Shown here: piece by piece, positions 12,415 through 24,500 of the stretch
Layout: each line of letters starts with the position of its first letter
Numbering within the stretch: position 1 is the first letter of the stretch
Source: Ginglymostoma cirratum
Lineage: Eukaryota
DNA length: 64,000 nt
Reading direction: 5' to 3'
NCBI GenBank assembly: GCA_024137785.1
Contig: JAHRHZ010000062.1
Coordinates: forward strand, 22,502,015 to 22,566,014
Notes under the pieces: model-generated
Told to the model about the DNA's origin: nothing
Seen by the model: only the letters and a program-made list of their open reading frames with translations
Databases searched by the model: none
Translations under genes and position numbers: made by a program

Positions 12415-12900
12415 TAGACCTATACAGGAGGCTATACAGCCCATTGTACCTGTGCCAGTTCTTTGCAAGGGCTATCCACTTAGTCCCATTCCCTTTTTTT
12501 CTCACAGCCTTGAACTTTTTTAAAAATTGTATATATTTCCAATGCACTTTTAAAATTTCCTATTAAATCTACTTCTGCCACCATTTTAGCAAACACATTC
12601 CAGATCGTTATTCCTCACTTTGTGAAACTGAAACTCATTCCCCTACCTGGTTCTTCCATGAACTATAGCAAGTTTGTGTCCTTTCATTATCAACACTTCT
12701 GTCATTGGAAATGGGTTCTCCTTCCTTACTTGATCAAGGTCCTTCACAATTTTGAAGACCTTCATTAAATCTCTCCTTGACCTTCCCTGTCCTAAGGAAA
12801 ACAATCCCAGTATTTCCATCCTCTGCACATAACCCAAAACTTTTATCCCCAGTAGCTAACATTCAATAAATTTTCTTTGCGCTCTTTCTGAAGATTTGTT
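12415..12900 (-). mobile_element. CR1-clade LINE, 3' fragment
   Basis: ORF 12643..12837 (LGLFSLGQGRSRRDLMKVFKIVKDLD) resembles the CR1 ORF2 C-terminus. Confidence 0.85.
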
Positions 12901-15900
12901 ATTCTTTTTGCATTTTTTTTTTAATCTGTGCCAATAATGGGACTTAAAACGACTACCAACATGAGGTTCTTCAGGGTACATTTCAGTGCCTGACACCTTT
13001 TAAATGAGGTAAAGAACAATTTCACATAAGTTTAAAATATCTGCAACATAAATGGGAACATGTCTCAGAAATAAACAAAGGGGAGTGGAAATAAATCCTT
13101 AAACTCCAGTTCTTTAATACCATTTATTTTGTATAATACAGATTCAAGAATATTCGTGAAACAGTAAAAATCCAGGACAGTTAGGATCAATATCAGCAGA
13201 AATTTTAAAGCTCTTGAAATATTTGAAATTGCTTTCAAAAATGAATTGAATCATTAAAACTTTGTTAAATCAGATAAATTTTGCATTCTCCCTTTCCCCG
13301 CTAGAATACTGAAAGCTTTGCACAAACTGTGCTGCAGACTCTCAAAAATTACTGAATAACTCCTGAGCCTTGTTGTTGCCTTTTATGCTATGAGTAACTT
13401 TCTATTAGAGCAAATGTAAACAAAACAGGTGTACAGCATTTGTTTCTTTTTTCTCCCTCTAGATCTGCTTTCTAATTTGCTTTTCAGTGGAAAGAAAGCG
13501 GTTAGTACAAAAAAAGCTAGCTGTGTCAGCCAAGCAACAGCCAATACCCATGAAAGAGCGTGCATACATAGCTACCCCGACATAATGCATAATGAGCATT
13601 AATTAATCCTTTTCATTGTGTAGCAAAACGCTGCTGACCTCACATTCAAGGAGTTGTGTTTCTTTTTGTGTATAAATTATTAAAACCCTCTTCTTTTAGT
13701 AACGTTAGTGGAAAGTTTCTGGCACTGCCTTACGAATGCTTAATAACTGGGTGAAGTATCAAAATACATTGCTACCTTCCTCTGAGCACAGTCCACAAAG
13801 AGACCAAAGGCTCACGTCTTGTTTACAGCTATTCTCATTCCTCCAAAGCAAGCTACATTCTTGTTTTCCGACTGATTTTTGAACAATTCAGGAGCGTTGT
13901 AATCTTACTTTTCAGTCTGGCCTACACGGCAAAAATAAATCTTAAAAGTTATAATTTGCTGGCAGTGGGAGGGTGCAGGCACAAGCATGAGAATTTAAGG
14001 TGCATTATTGGGGTTGGGGCTGTCCTGGATTCCATCCAGCTCTCAACACCTTTACACAGAATGGTTTTTTGTTTGAATGGAGAGAGCGGGGGAGTTTGTA
14101 GAAAATTTCACTTTGAGGGACCAGTACAAATCTCAGTTGGACTGTTTACTTTATAAAAGCTTTTTCATATTGCTGCTCTTGTATTAATTCCTTCAGTACT
14201 CACAGCTAAGCACTAATCTTTGTAAAATGTAATAAATCATGACCGGGTCAATCAGGTGAGCATCAAGTACATATGCACTGACAGTCAAATTCTATGAACT
14301 CCTATTTTAACCTCTGACTACGCAAACTGCCACAGTCATGCAAGTCTAGCCAAGTAACGCTTTCATATGCATTATCACCACGTAAAATAGGATCTGATTA
14401 CAGTGAACCAGAACAAAATAAATTCCCTCAATAAAGCCTTCACCAGTCCTGGCATCCTGTGCATCTATATAATAGGTCCAATTGAAAAGTGTATTTATTT
14501 TTAATTAGGAAGTGCTTAAGCTTTTCTCCTAAACGTTCTAATGACACACTGGTTGCGTTGGGAGGGACTGTGACTCACACCAACACTTTCATTGTGCATT
14601 CCTAACGCACAAGCACGCAAGAATAAAAGATATAGGAGTTGCAATAGCCCAGTTGACCCCTCAATCCAGTTCTGCCATTCAGTGAGAACGTGGCTAATCT
14701 TCTGGCTCATCTCTGCTACTCAGCACTATCCTCATATACTTCAATTCCCTTCGTCCCCAAAAAAATCTACCAACATGTGTTTTGAATAGATTCAATGGCT
14801 GAGCATCCACATCTCTCTCAGGCAGTGAATATGAGGAGAATTTATATTTCTGGTATGCTCTGGCAAACTTACATCCAGGCTTACACAAGATCAGACAAGT
14901 TCTAAAAAGGAAACTATCAAGAGTGCCTTAATGTAATAATTTCCACACCCCTTGAAGATGACCCCTTATTATTTCTCCTTTGTCTCATCTTGCCTCATTA
15001 AAAAGCGGTGTCAATGCCCTCAATCAAGTTTGTTTACAAGTGCTGCCCATGATCAATGTTCAAAAGGGCCACCTTTCTCTTCACTTTCTAGTGGGGAAGA
15101 AGTTATAATTAACTCCCCACGCCTCCTCTTGCAGCTGGCTTGGAAAGCCCAAAGCTCTTCACAAAAAATTGTTGGCTTATTTGTGTACCAATTATCTCAT
15201 TAAATATCAAAGTAAAAATCCAAATCTTTCACCTGGACTACAAGTGACTAGGCAGAATACTGAAAAATCCTTTGGAGGAGCTACATGCTTCTGGTACTTG
15301 GGGGGTGGGGGAGGGAATGTAATGGAGTCAGGTTATGGAGGGTCGAATGACCATTATTTGATGGGACATAAAAAGATTTTTGAGGCTCTGTGCCTGGCTT
15401 ACTGAGTGTGTAAAGGCTGTTCCCTGTTGCATGCCAAGTGTATCTGGCGATGCAGAGGCTGGAGGGAAATGAGAGAAAAGCACTCAGACTTCTTTTTCCC
15501 CACCACTAGATGGTGTAATGCCAGAGGTAAATAAGCCAGTGCTCCAAAAAAGCTGAAATCATTCTTCTAGAGAATTAGGATCTTAGCATGAGAGGATCTG
15601 AATAACTATGTCACCTCCTAGCACATGTACATTGTTTTACGGAGCAATCTGTACAGAAAGTGATGGATTCCCACTGCTTCCCTGTAAGCTACGTGGTTAA
15701 GATAGAACTGATTCTGAGTCAGTCACCAGCTGCCAATCACCTTTGCCAGCATGTTCCTCTCACTACATTCAAAAAACCAGATGCCTCCTGTATTTAACGA
15801 GCCCAACAGAGCTAGGCCAGCTTGTTATCTTCATCCTGTAATTTAGCATATCTGTTGGAATTGTTTTTTTTTAAAAAACTGCCTATTTTTGTTTCTGTTC

Positions 15901-16232
15901 TGTGTCACCATTTTTAAGCCTCTAAGCAACAGTGTCCATTTACACAGAGGCAAATTATTTCCACCCAATTGCTTGTATTCTTTTCAGTGCTACTGATAAT
16001 TGTGTTGCATGAATCAAAGCCTGCCTTATGGCCATTTTAGCAATGAAACACCCATTTTAGAAAGTATTTTTTATCTTAATCTCAAATGTTGTGAGAATAA
16101 AAGTCTTATTTACAAACTGTGTGAGAGTGTGCATGTGCATTTTACTTAAAATGCAACACCCAGTGCTAATAATTGCATTGTCCAAAGCTCATTATAAATT
16201 CGTACACATGATGCAAGAGCCAAGCTTCCACA

Positions 16233-16421
16233 CATGCAGTTCAAGCAGATTTTAATGTTGGGAGCTGGAGGTTGATTCAGTTCAATATTAGATTCCACCC
16301 CATGATTCCACCACCCACCAAAACCAAGCAACCAAATGAAAGGTTTAATTGTTCTGATCTAATTTTAAAACATGCATGTGCTCAGTGTTAAATTGAAACA
16401 GCTAAGCAGACAGAGCATGCA
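16233..16421 (-). promoter_or_regulatory. Three RBFOX motifs (TGCATG) downstream of the duplicated exon pair
   Basis: Plus-strand CATGCA at 16233-38, 16371-76 and 16416-21, all within about 310 nt of the exon B donor. Confidence 0.55.
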
Positions 16422-16543
16422 AAAGGAATGATACAGTCAGAGAAAGTTTCAACATAGGATAAGGGCACTCTCTGTGGAAGAGGGAAAAAAAAAAAGAGGT
16501 CAGAAGCATAGCAACTGCAAGCCCAAAGCAGACAAGCGCATAC

Positions 16544-16606
16544 CTTTAGCTTGGAATGAATCTCACGAGATTTCCTTCTGGCAAGAACCTGAATGTGACT
16601 AGACAC
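16544..16606 (-). CDS. TEAD1: TEAD1 TEA helix-3 exon B (canonical type), VSSHIQVLARRKSREIHSKLK
   Basis: 63 nt; long pyrimidine tract then ttAG (16607-08), donor AAG|GTATGC. Closely matches mammalian TEAD1 VSSHIQVLARRKSRDFHSKLK. Confidence 0.96.
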
Positions 16607-16700
16607 CTAAAGGGTAGGGGAAGGGAGGAAAACAAAGAGAAAAAAAAAGCCTGTAACCATGGAAACAAAAGCCCCTTGCAACTAGGCGAGCCAGACGTAC

Positions 16701-16763
16701 CTTTATGGCAGCTTGAATTTCCCGAACTTTCTTCCTTGCTAACACCTGTATGTGACTAGACAC
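16701..16763 (-). CDS. TEAD1: TEAD1 alternative TEA helix-3 exon A, VSSHIQVLARKKVREIQAAIK
   Basis: 63 nt, open frame; acceptor gtgtAG (16764-65), donor AAG|GTACGT (16699-700). Paralogous to the adjacent exon at 16544-16606. Not shown in the ORF track. Confidence 0.88.
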
Positions 16764-17980
16764 CTACACAGTGCAACCCATAAAACAGAAAAAAAACAAA
16801 AGGGAAATTAAAGGTGAAACATGTCTTCTGACTGTGGTTGTTGGCTTTTTTTTTGGAAAACATTATTCGTTCCTTTTTAATGAGCTTAGCACTTAAGAGG
16901 TAATTGCATTCCCAGCAGGCAACTATACACCAGTGCAGCACCAAGTGTCATCACTGCAGAAACCTTCTTGAAGAAAAAGATGTGCGGCTACTGCTTAGTC
17001 TTTTTGAAAACTGTGAAATTGGAAGGCTGACTTCACCTTACTGCCTCCAACACTATTGACATCAATTAATCAGATTGGAACGCGAGTTTTTCAGAGCCAG
17101 TTACACAGAAATCCATGCAAGTGATATTAACAAAAAAAACCACAGCTGTCAGCAGACAAGATTTCAATTACAAAAATAGAAGGCATACTATCAGCTTCAA
17201 TAAGGCTTCAAATAGACCAATAAAAAAAGGCATGCAAAATTCTGGAACAGAAAACCGTCTTAAGCTGCTTATAAAGAACCAAATGAAGCAGTTCCCAATC
17301 AATTAATTGATGTAATGAGTACGTTAATAAAGGTACAACTCGGATTTAAATCCTCAGTCTTAAATATAAACTCAAAATATCGGTAGCAATTCTGGATGAG
17401 ATTGCTGAGCCTTTTGCAAAGCATTGAAATGTCACCACACAAATTCCAACTTTAATGCATCCTGATCAACAAGTTAGGCTTAAAGAGTAGGGACTGTACT
17501 CTTCAAAAATGTTTAGACCGGAGTGTGATCCGACCTAGGTTTATGTGGGGATGAATTATAGGATCATGGATTGGTTACGATACTGAAGAGACTAGTCAGT
17601 CCTTCCTGTCTGTGCTAGTTTCTGCCAGAGCATATCAGCTAATCCTACATTACCTTTATCCTCCATTGGCTTGCAAACATTTTTTCTCTCTTCACATAAT
17701 TATCCAACCACCTTAGATCAGAGTACCCTGGTGCTTGATCCTTGTCAATGGGAATACCTTCTCCTTATCTACTCTGTCCAGTCCCATCACGAATCTGAGC
17801 AAATATCAACTCTCTTTCCAACTTCCTTTTGCCCAACTTCTTAAACTATCCAAGTAACCATGCTCGTAAATATTTTCTACATCCTCTCCAACGCTTTCTC
17901 AACCTTTTAAAAAGTGCAGTGCACAGAATTGGATGCGATATTATACTGATTTGACCTCAACTAGAGTATTTTATGAAAAC

Positions 17981-18190
17981 CTGTGGATGCTGGGAATCAG
18001 AAAATGAAAACATAAATTGCTGGAAAAACTCAGCAGGTCTGGCAGCATCGGTGGAGAGAAATCAGAGTTCATGTTTTGGGTCCAGTTCTGAGGAAGGGTC
18101 ACTGGACCCGAAATGTTCACTCTAATTTCTCTCCACAGACGCTGCCAGACCTGCCGAGCTTTTCCAGCAAATTCTGTTTTTGTTTCAGCA
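17981..18190. mobile_element. Penelope-derived fold-back element inside a decayed minus-strand CR1 fragment
   Basis: Arms ~18007-18087 and ~18101-18180 are reverse complements. Centre reads CTGAGGA-AGGGTCACTGGACCC-GAAA. Confidence 0.75.
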
Positions 18191-20403
18191 GATTACAAAG
18201 GTTTATCATAACTTATTTGCTTTTCAAAGCTATGCTTCAATTATAAAGCTTAAGTTGTCAAAGGCTTTATTAACCACTTTCTTGTTAAGTCTCACATATA
18301 TAAATTTTTTTTAAAAAACAACCCTAGGTCCTCCTGCTCCTGCAAGCACTAGTTTTATCACTGTGTCTCTTCATTCTTCCTACGAAGATGCATCACTTCA
18401 TTCCTCAATGCATGCTATTTCACCAGCCTTGCATCTACCCATGCCTGTCTAAGCTCTCTTGAATTCTATCACTGTCTTCATCTCAATATACGGTACTTGG
18501 AATATTTTTGAGTGGGACAGGGTATGTATGTACCACGAGTGACATATTCACAATTTGGATAGACTGGAGAGGTTTCACTTGTCCTTTGTTGTTCATATAA
18601 GTGTACCAAACAGCAGAGGACTGGGAGATTAGGCATCTGTACTGAAATATTCTACCAACAGCGGGGTTATTCAAATTCACCAGCAATCAATGTCATTGAT
18701 GAAGAGACATATGGGATTAAAATAATGGGATTTATTTACTAATAAAGTATAGAATTGAGACTGGAGGCTGATCAATAGAGAAACAGACCAAGTGAATAAG
18801 TATTGATTGCATTTAGTGCAGCTGTCACATTCACAATTTCACAAATTATGAATGAATTCTTTAGGCATGGTGTTCTGCTGATCCAATTTTGAAGACCAGA
18901 GACTATGGAATTCAACTATTCAGAAACATACATACCTTCTCAGCCTTAAGAAAAGGTTGACAGCAAAATGCAATTTTACCCTCAGATTACTTAGAACTAG
19001 GAAGTGACCATTCAACCCCTCAAGACTGTTCTGATACTCAACTCAATCTACGAGACTTTCATTTCTTGCAACAAAAATTGATTGACGCAAGTTCTATGCT
19101 GTTAATTTAAACTTCCAGGTTAAAACCTGCATGTCGGAGCATGGAAAAATTTTCTGGATAGAAGATAATCCTCAAATCATTCAATAACTAACTAAATATT
19201 ACATTCTAGGATGGTTTAGAGGCACTGAATGCTTGTACTCCACTGTATATATCTTGTGGAATTGTTTGTAACAGGAACTGATGCAATGGCATTAAAACTG
19301 AAAGCATCCTTTGATTTTAATATCAGTCCTTCACTTAGAGCATCTTCTCTGAAATAAAAGAACCTTTAAACTTTCTCTTTATAATGACTGGGCAAATCAA
19401 CACTTCCCTCCATATGCATGCATATCTATTCTAACAATACATTCCAAACATCTGGTTTAAAATGGAGAAGTGTAGTGATATAGAGAAAAAGAGCAAAATG
19501 CAGAGAGGTGGTTTCTTTCAACTGACCATGTTATGTGGCCATGTATCAACACATGACTTATTGCATTTTCTGCCATTCTCAAGAATTTCCAGATGGTCAG
19601 GTTTAAAAAAAAACAGCATTTGTATCACTTGCATGGAGACATTATTGATTTGAAAAGATGAATGCATTTATTCACAGAGGTTACATCTTTGTGACTCCAC
19701 CCAAAAGCAAACCTTCAAATGATAACCATACACAAAGAGATGTAGTCTTTCGTCCAAACACTGAAAGACAAGGCCATCATTTCACCCCTCAAGCCTGTTC
19801 GTTGCTGATCTGTCACTTATACACTTCCTTGTATCCCTTAACTTATTTGATTAACAGGAACCTATTCAACTCCGATTTAAAATAACATTTAACCACCATC
19901 AACTACCGGTTGCAGAAGAGATTTCAACATTTCTATGACTCTGTGCACAGAAGCATTTCTTAATTTCATTCCTGAAAGATCCAGCACAATTGTTTAGACC
20001 TAGTCCCCTAGCCCTAGACTTCCAGTTTCTCTCTAATATGCTCCATCTATCCTTTACTTCGGCATTTTGTTTGTCTCCTGATAACACGATCACAACTGGG
20101 ACATGCAAATTTGTACTTGGGAAATAGGTACCAGAATACTTAAACAAACAATGAGATGCTCCAATGTTCGCAAAGAAAATCCTAATTTCTGAAGCTACTT
20201 AAGATATAATTGCGAAAACGCTCACAGATGATGGAAATTATTCTGTTTTATGTGAATGTAACTGCAGTGATGACAGCAAACTATAAAATTAAACAGAAGA
20301 AGCCAATGACAAACAGCAGCTCAACAGAGCCAACTCAGCCAACGTGAGTGACACCTACCCCAATAGTCTTCAACATGCATATAAGCCCAACGATCTATTT
20401 TAC

Positions 20404-20468
20404 CTGCTTCCTAGTGCGTGTCTTCCCTGTTCTTAGCTTGATATACCTGGCTATCAACTCATTACGAC
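20404..20468 (-). CDS. TEAD1: TEAD1 coding exon, TEA domain (G)RNELIARYIKLRTGKTRTRKQ
   Basis: Manual translation gives the invariant TEA segment. 65 nt; acceptor ttgcAG (20469-70), donor GTaaaa (20402-03); phase 1 to phase 0, as in the known TEAD exon structure. Confidence 0.97.
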
Positions 20469-23400
20469 CTGCAAAAGAGAAACACACCAAATTAGAACTA
20501 TATACCTTTGCAAAAATAGGAATTTAATTCCACAATTGCAGAGATAGACTTGATAATTTTGTATGTTCATAAAGTATAATCAAGTCATAAATCAGTGGAT
20601 TCCTAGATACAGAAGGACATTTGAGTGTTACAGAGACAGAAAGGGAAGGTGTGTGAGGTGAAGATCAGCCATTATTGGATTGAACTGCCAAGTACACTTG
20701 AGGGCCCCAAATGGCCTAGTCCTGCTCCTACATTTTTAAGAAAACTATATATACACACACTGTTCTTAAAGTAAGATATGGGTTCTGTGGTACTGTAGTT
20801 TGCAAAGAAATTTTACTTGGAGCTGAAAAATAAATGCATTCTCTGCTGGAATAGTAAGCTGACCATCGCACAATATTTTATATCACAGAAACAGATGATT
20901 TGGTCCAACAGGTCTATGTGACAGTTCACGCTTCACACAAGCCTCCTCCTGTCCTTATTTCATCTCTGCTTATCACCATATGCTTCTATTCTATCTCCCT
21001 CACATTTATTTTGCTTTCATTTAGAAATATCTTTGCAGAACACGTTTAATTGATTTTAAGCAAACTGAATGGGGTGAAAATCAACGGTGGGGGAAGGGAT
21101 TTGCAGGAGGTGAGATTATACACATCTCAAATAATTTACAAAGAATAATTCTGTTCATCACTCGCAACATGATGCATTTCCTTTTGAAACAAAGACTGAT
21201 GCATATTTATACAACGAATTACTCAAAATAGAGCTTACACCAATGTCAGCACTGGGACTGCGACAAAACTGTTAAATTTATGTTACATTTTTCACAACCT
21301 CAGGATGTCTCAAAGTGCCTTGGGATTAGGCTGTAAATGCAGAGTCGCAGTGTGAATTTATTCCGGAGCTCTGTTCTGGAATCTGTTACAGCCAGTTTTC
21401 AATATCATTGAAGCAGAAGGTGGTCACCATGCCCATGCTGCACTTTGACAGCGCTATCCATTGGTCTCATTTCCCCTGCTCTTTCCCTGGAATTCTGTAA
21501 AACAATTTTTCCTTGCTGTAATTGACGTAAAGCTCACTATTGAAAGGTATTATTAATGTTGCTTCCACTAGACTTTCAGGCTTTGTGTTCCAGACAGTCT
21601 CGCCCTCCAGTTGCGTAGAACGTAGCTTTGGAACGGGAAATTGCAAGGTCACAACTAAAGTTTAATCAAAGCGCAGAATTTAAGTATCAAGCAGGAGCTT
21701 GAGTTTCAAGTTCAAGATAACATGATGCCATAGTCTAAGCCTTGATTGGCAAGACACAATTCACTGAACTTGGGTCACACTCAACATATCTATTGGCCCA
21801 ATTAAAATAGCTTAATAACAACATGCATTTATACAGTACCTTCAATACAATAAAAAGACATTTCAGAGCAGCGATTCTGAAACAGACTAACACAGACCCA
21901 CATTCCTCAATCAGATGAGGAAAACCTTGGCCAAAGAGGCGAATATGAAGGAGTGTCTTACAGAAAAGTGCAGGAGTGAATTTCAGAACTTAAGAGGTCA
22001 GGCAGCTGGAAGCAGGGCCATCTCTGGAGTGAGCGAAGGAAAGTGGAAGGGTGCCAATCTCAGAGGGCTGTGGAGCTTGCGGAGATACCAGAGACAGGGA
22101 CAGTTAAGACCATGGAATAATATAAGAATAATGATGAGAATTTTAAAATTAAAGGTTGAGGAATTGGAAACCAATGTAAGTGTCTCTAAGTCAGATTTAT
22201 GTGCACAATTGCAGGCTGTGTTATGGGTCAATAGCAGAGTTTAGGTTGCACCATTTCTTCCATCCTACCATTCTGTATTTTCCCCAGCTGAGGGCAGGCT
22301 TGGAACTTACTTCCAGCCTCCCCTAACACTGCCCTCCAGTGGGCTGCTTAGGATGTGCAGAACCACATGGTAATTCTCCCTCAAGTTTGTTCTATTTTGC
22401 AAAGTGTTTGATGGTGCAGGAGTGGAGGAGGGGTAGACTACCACTGGCTGAGATCGAAGGAGAGGACTTTGCTGGTCCCTGCACTGAGGCAGAGTGCAGA
22501 GGTTCCAATGTGACGTTCTGCCATTGTACCACTGACTGTGCATACAACAACAAAGAGGCGTCTGCACAGCCTTTTAAGTGCTCCAACACATGCGTTTAAA
22601 ACAACTTATTCCACAGAAATATGCAACTACTTCCACAAAGCACAAACATAACATCAGAATTGCAACTGATCTGTGGTTTCCCCACCTGTCCATTCCTGCC
22701 CCACCCTGTCGGATGAGACACCACCCCTAGCTCCAGGAATTGTAAATAATATACCTGCTGCGTAACATGAGGAAGTATATTAAAGAGGGAATGTTCAGAT
22801 TCCAGAAGCACCTGTGACAGCTGGTCAACTGTAGTCTCAATTCAAATTCCTAGAAGTATTATTCGCTGAGTTTACAGAACAGCTTTCAAGTGCCCAAGAT
22901 GTGGACTCAGTTGGCAAAAATTTAAAGTGTTTAGCTTGTTATCCCGTGTCTCTCACAATCCAGGCTGACCCTTCCAGCAATGCTGCAATGCCAGGAGATG
23001 CTGGACAGGAATTACACCGATTAGAAAGGAAACACATAGCGCCAATCCGACATGGGGCAGCCGGTGGTACTTGACCCTGAATTTTAACAGCACCAGCTAT
23101 TGGTGCTGCTGTGCTGACAACCCGTTCCCCAGGTGGAAGCTCGTCAGTGCCAGGAGGGGGTACCAGCAGCTGCCTACAGCAGGGGGCTGGCAAGGGGAGG
23201 CAGTTAACACAAACATTAAAGCATTTAAGCAGTCCCGTTTTGGACAGGAACCCACCCCCACCCTCCACCCAAAAACCAGGAGGAAATTGATGGGGTCACA
23301 ATCCCTGCCTGCAGCCTCTCCCACCACCAATCCCCAGTGCTGCTATTGGGCCCCATCCACTTAAAGTGGGAGCTTCCTCTCATGGCAGAGCGTTTGGCTG

Positions 23401-23999
23401 CGGACAGCATGGAAGGATAACCTTTGATAGGTCCTTTACTGATGTAAGTTGACCAAGCACTCCCTTAAGGTGGCAGCCTGCTTGCTTTCAGTCTTTCCAT
23501 TGGTAAGATTCCCAAAAGGCTGGGCATTTATATAGTGCCTTCAATGTAATAAAACATTCCAAGGTATTTTGCAGAAACGATTCTGGAAAAGAATCTAATT
23601 CAGTCCATATTTTCAAAGCCAAGCTGGTTCTTCATGGTTTTATTGACCCTCCCTGGGAGCCAGTACAATTGCAAGCTTGTCGTCTTTTGATTGAAGCTCT
23701 GAATCTCTTCTGCTCCTTACTGTGGTTTCATGATTTATGTCACAGGGAAGTTACCTGGTGTTAGGGCCCAGCATTCCTTTCTGAATCAATACAGCTAGAG
23801 GGGGATTGTTCAGCTCAGGAATATTGGATTAACCTTGCTGTATGCAACGCATCAATAACTTTGGCTTCCAAACATTCAACTTAATTTCGTCCACTGGATG
23901 TGCTTCAAGACATTTCCAACCAATGTGGTGAGAGAACAAAATATGCAATAAAATAAAGAAATTAACAAAACTGTGCTCCTGTACCATGTTTCACATCTC

Positions 24000-24500
24000 C
24001 TGAATGTCCTGTAATACTTTTTTCGTGAATAAAATACATTTGAAGTACAATCCCTGCTGGAAAGCAGAGAAATAGATCAATTTGCGCATAACAAGATCCC
24101 ACAGTGGCTCAATTGCTGTACAGATAGCTATTGGTCAACACACCAGAAATAACTCCCCTTGCTCATTGAAATAGCAGCCACAGGACCATTCAGGTCCACC
24201 TGGGAAAGCAAAGGAGGCCTTGATTTAACATTTTGAGAAAGAGAGCATCCCTGACAGTGCAGCACTCTTCCATAAGACCATAAGAAATAGTATGGTCCTT
24301 CAGCCTGCTCTGCCATTCAACAGGATCATGTTCCTCATGTCCAGTTTCCTGCATTTTCCCCACAATCCATGATTCTCCAACTGATCAAGAATCTCTCAGT
24401 TCTGTCCTGGGAACATTAGCTTTGATTCTGTGCTCAAAGCTCTGGACCAGTTCTATGAACATACAACCTTCTGACTAAGAGCTGAGCAAACACTGACACC
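24000..24500 (-). mobile_element. SacSINE/DeuSINE-like SINE interrupted by a short CR1-type 3' tail (~24271-24395)
   Basis: The SINE sequence breaks after cagtgcagcactcttcc and resumes at ctcagttctgtcctggg. The insert begins with the ataagaccataaga tail repeat. Confidence 0.65.

Noticed and set aside
13383-13565. 60-aa minus-strand ORF with a hydrophobic stretch and basic cluster, as a third TEA-like exon or micropeptide
   Set aside because: No similarity to the VSSHIQVLAR exon and no convincing splice sites.
23030-23520. Possible non-autonomous Harbinger-type element (also ~58330-58950 and ~59880-60330)
   Set aside because: Composition is suggestive, but I could not confirm TIRs, a TSD or transposase motifs.
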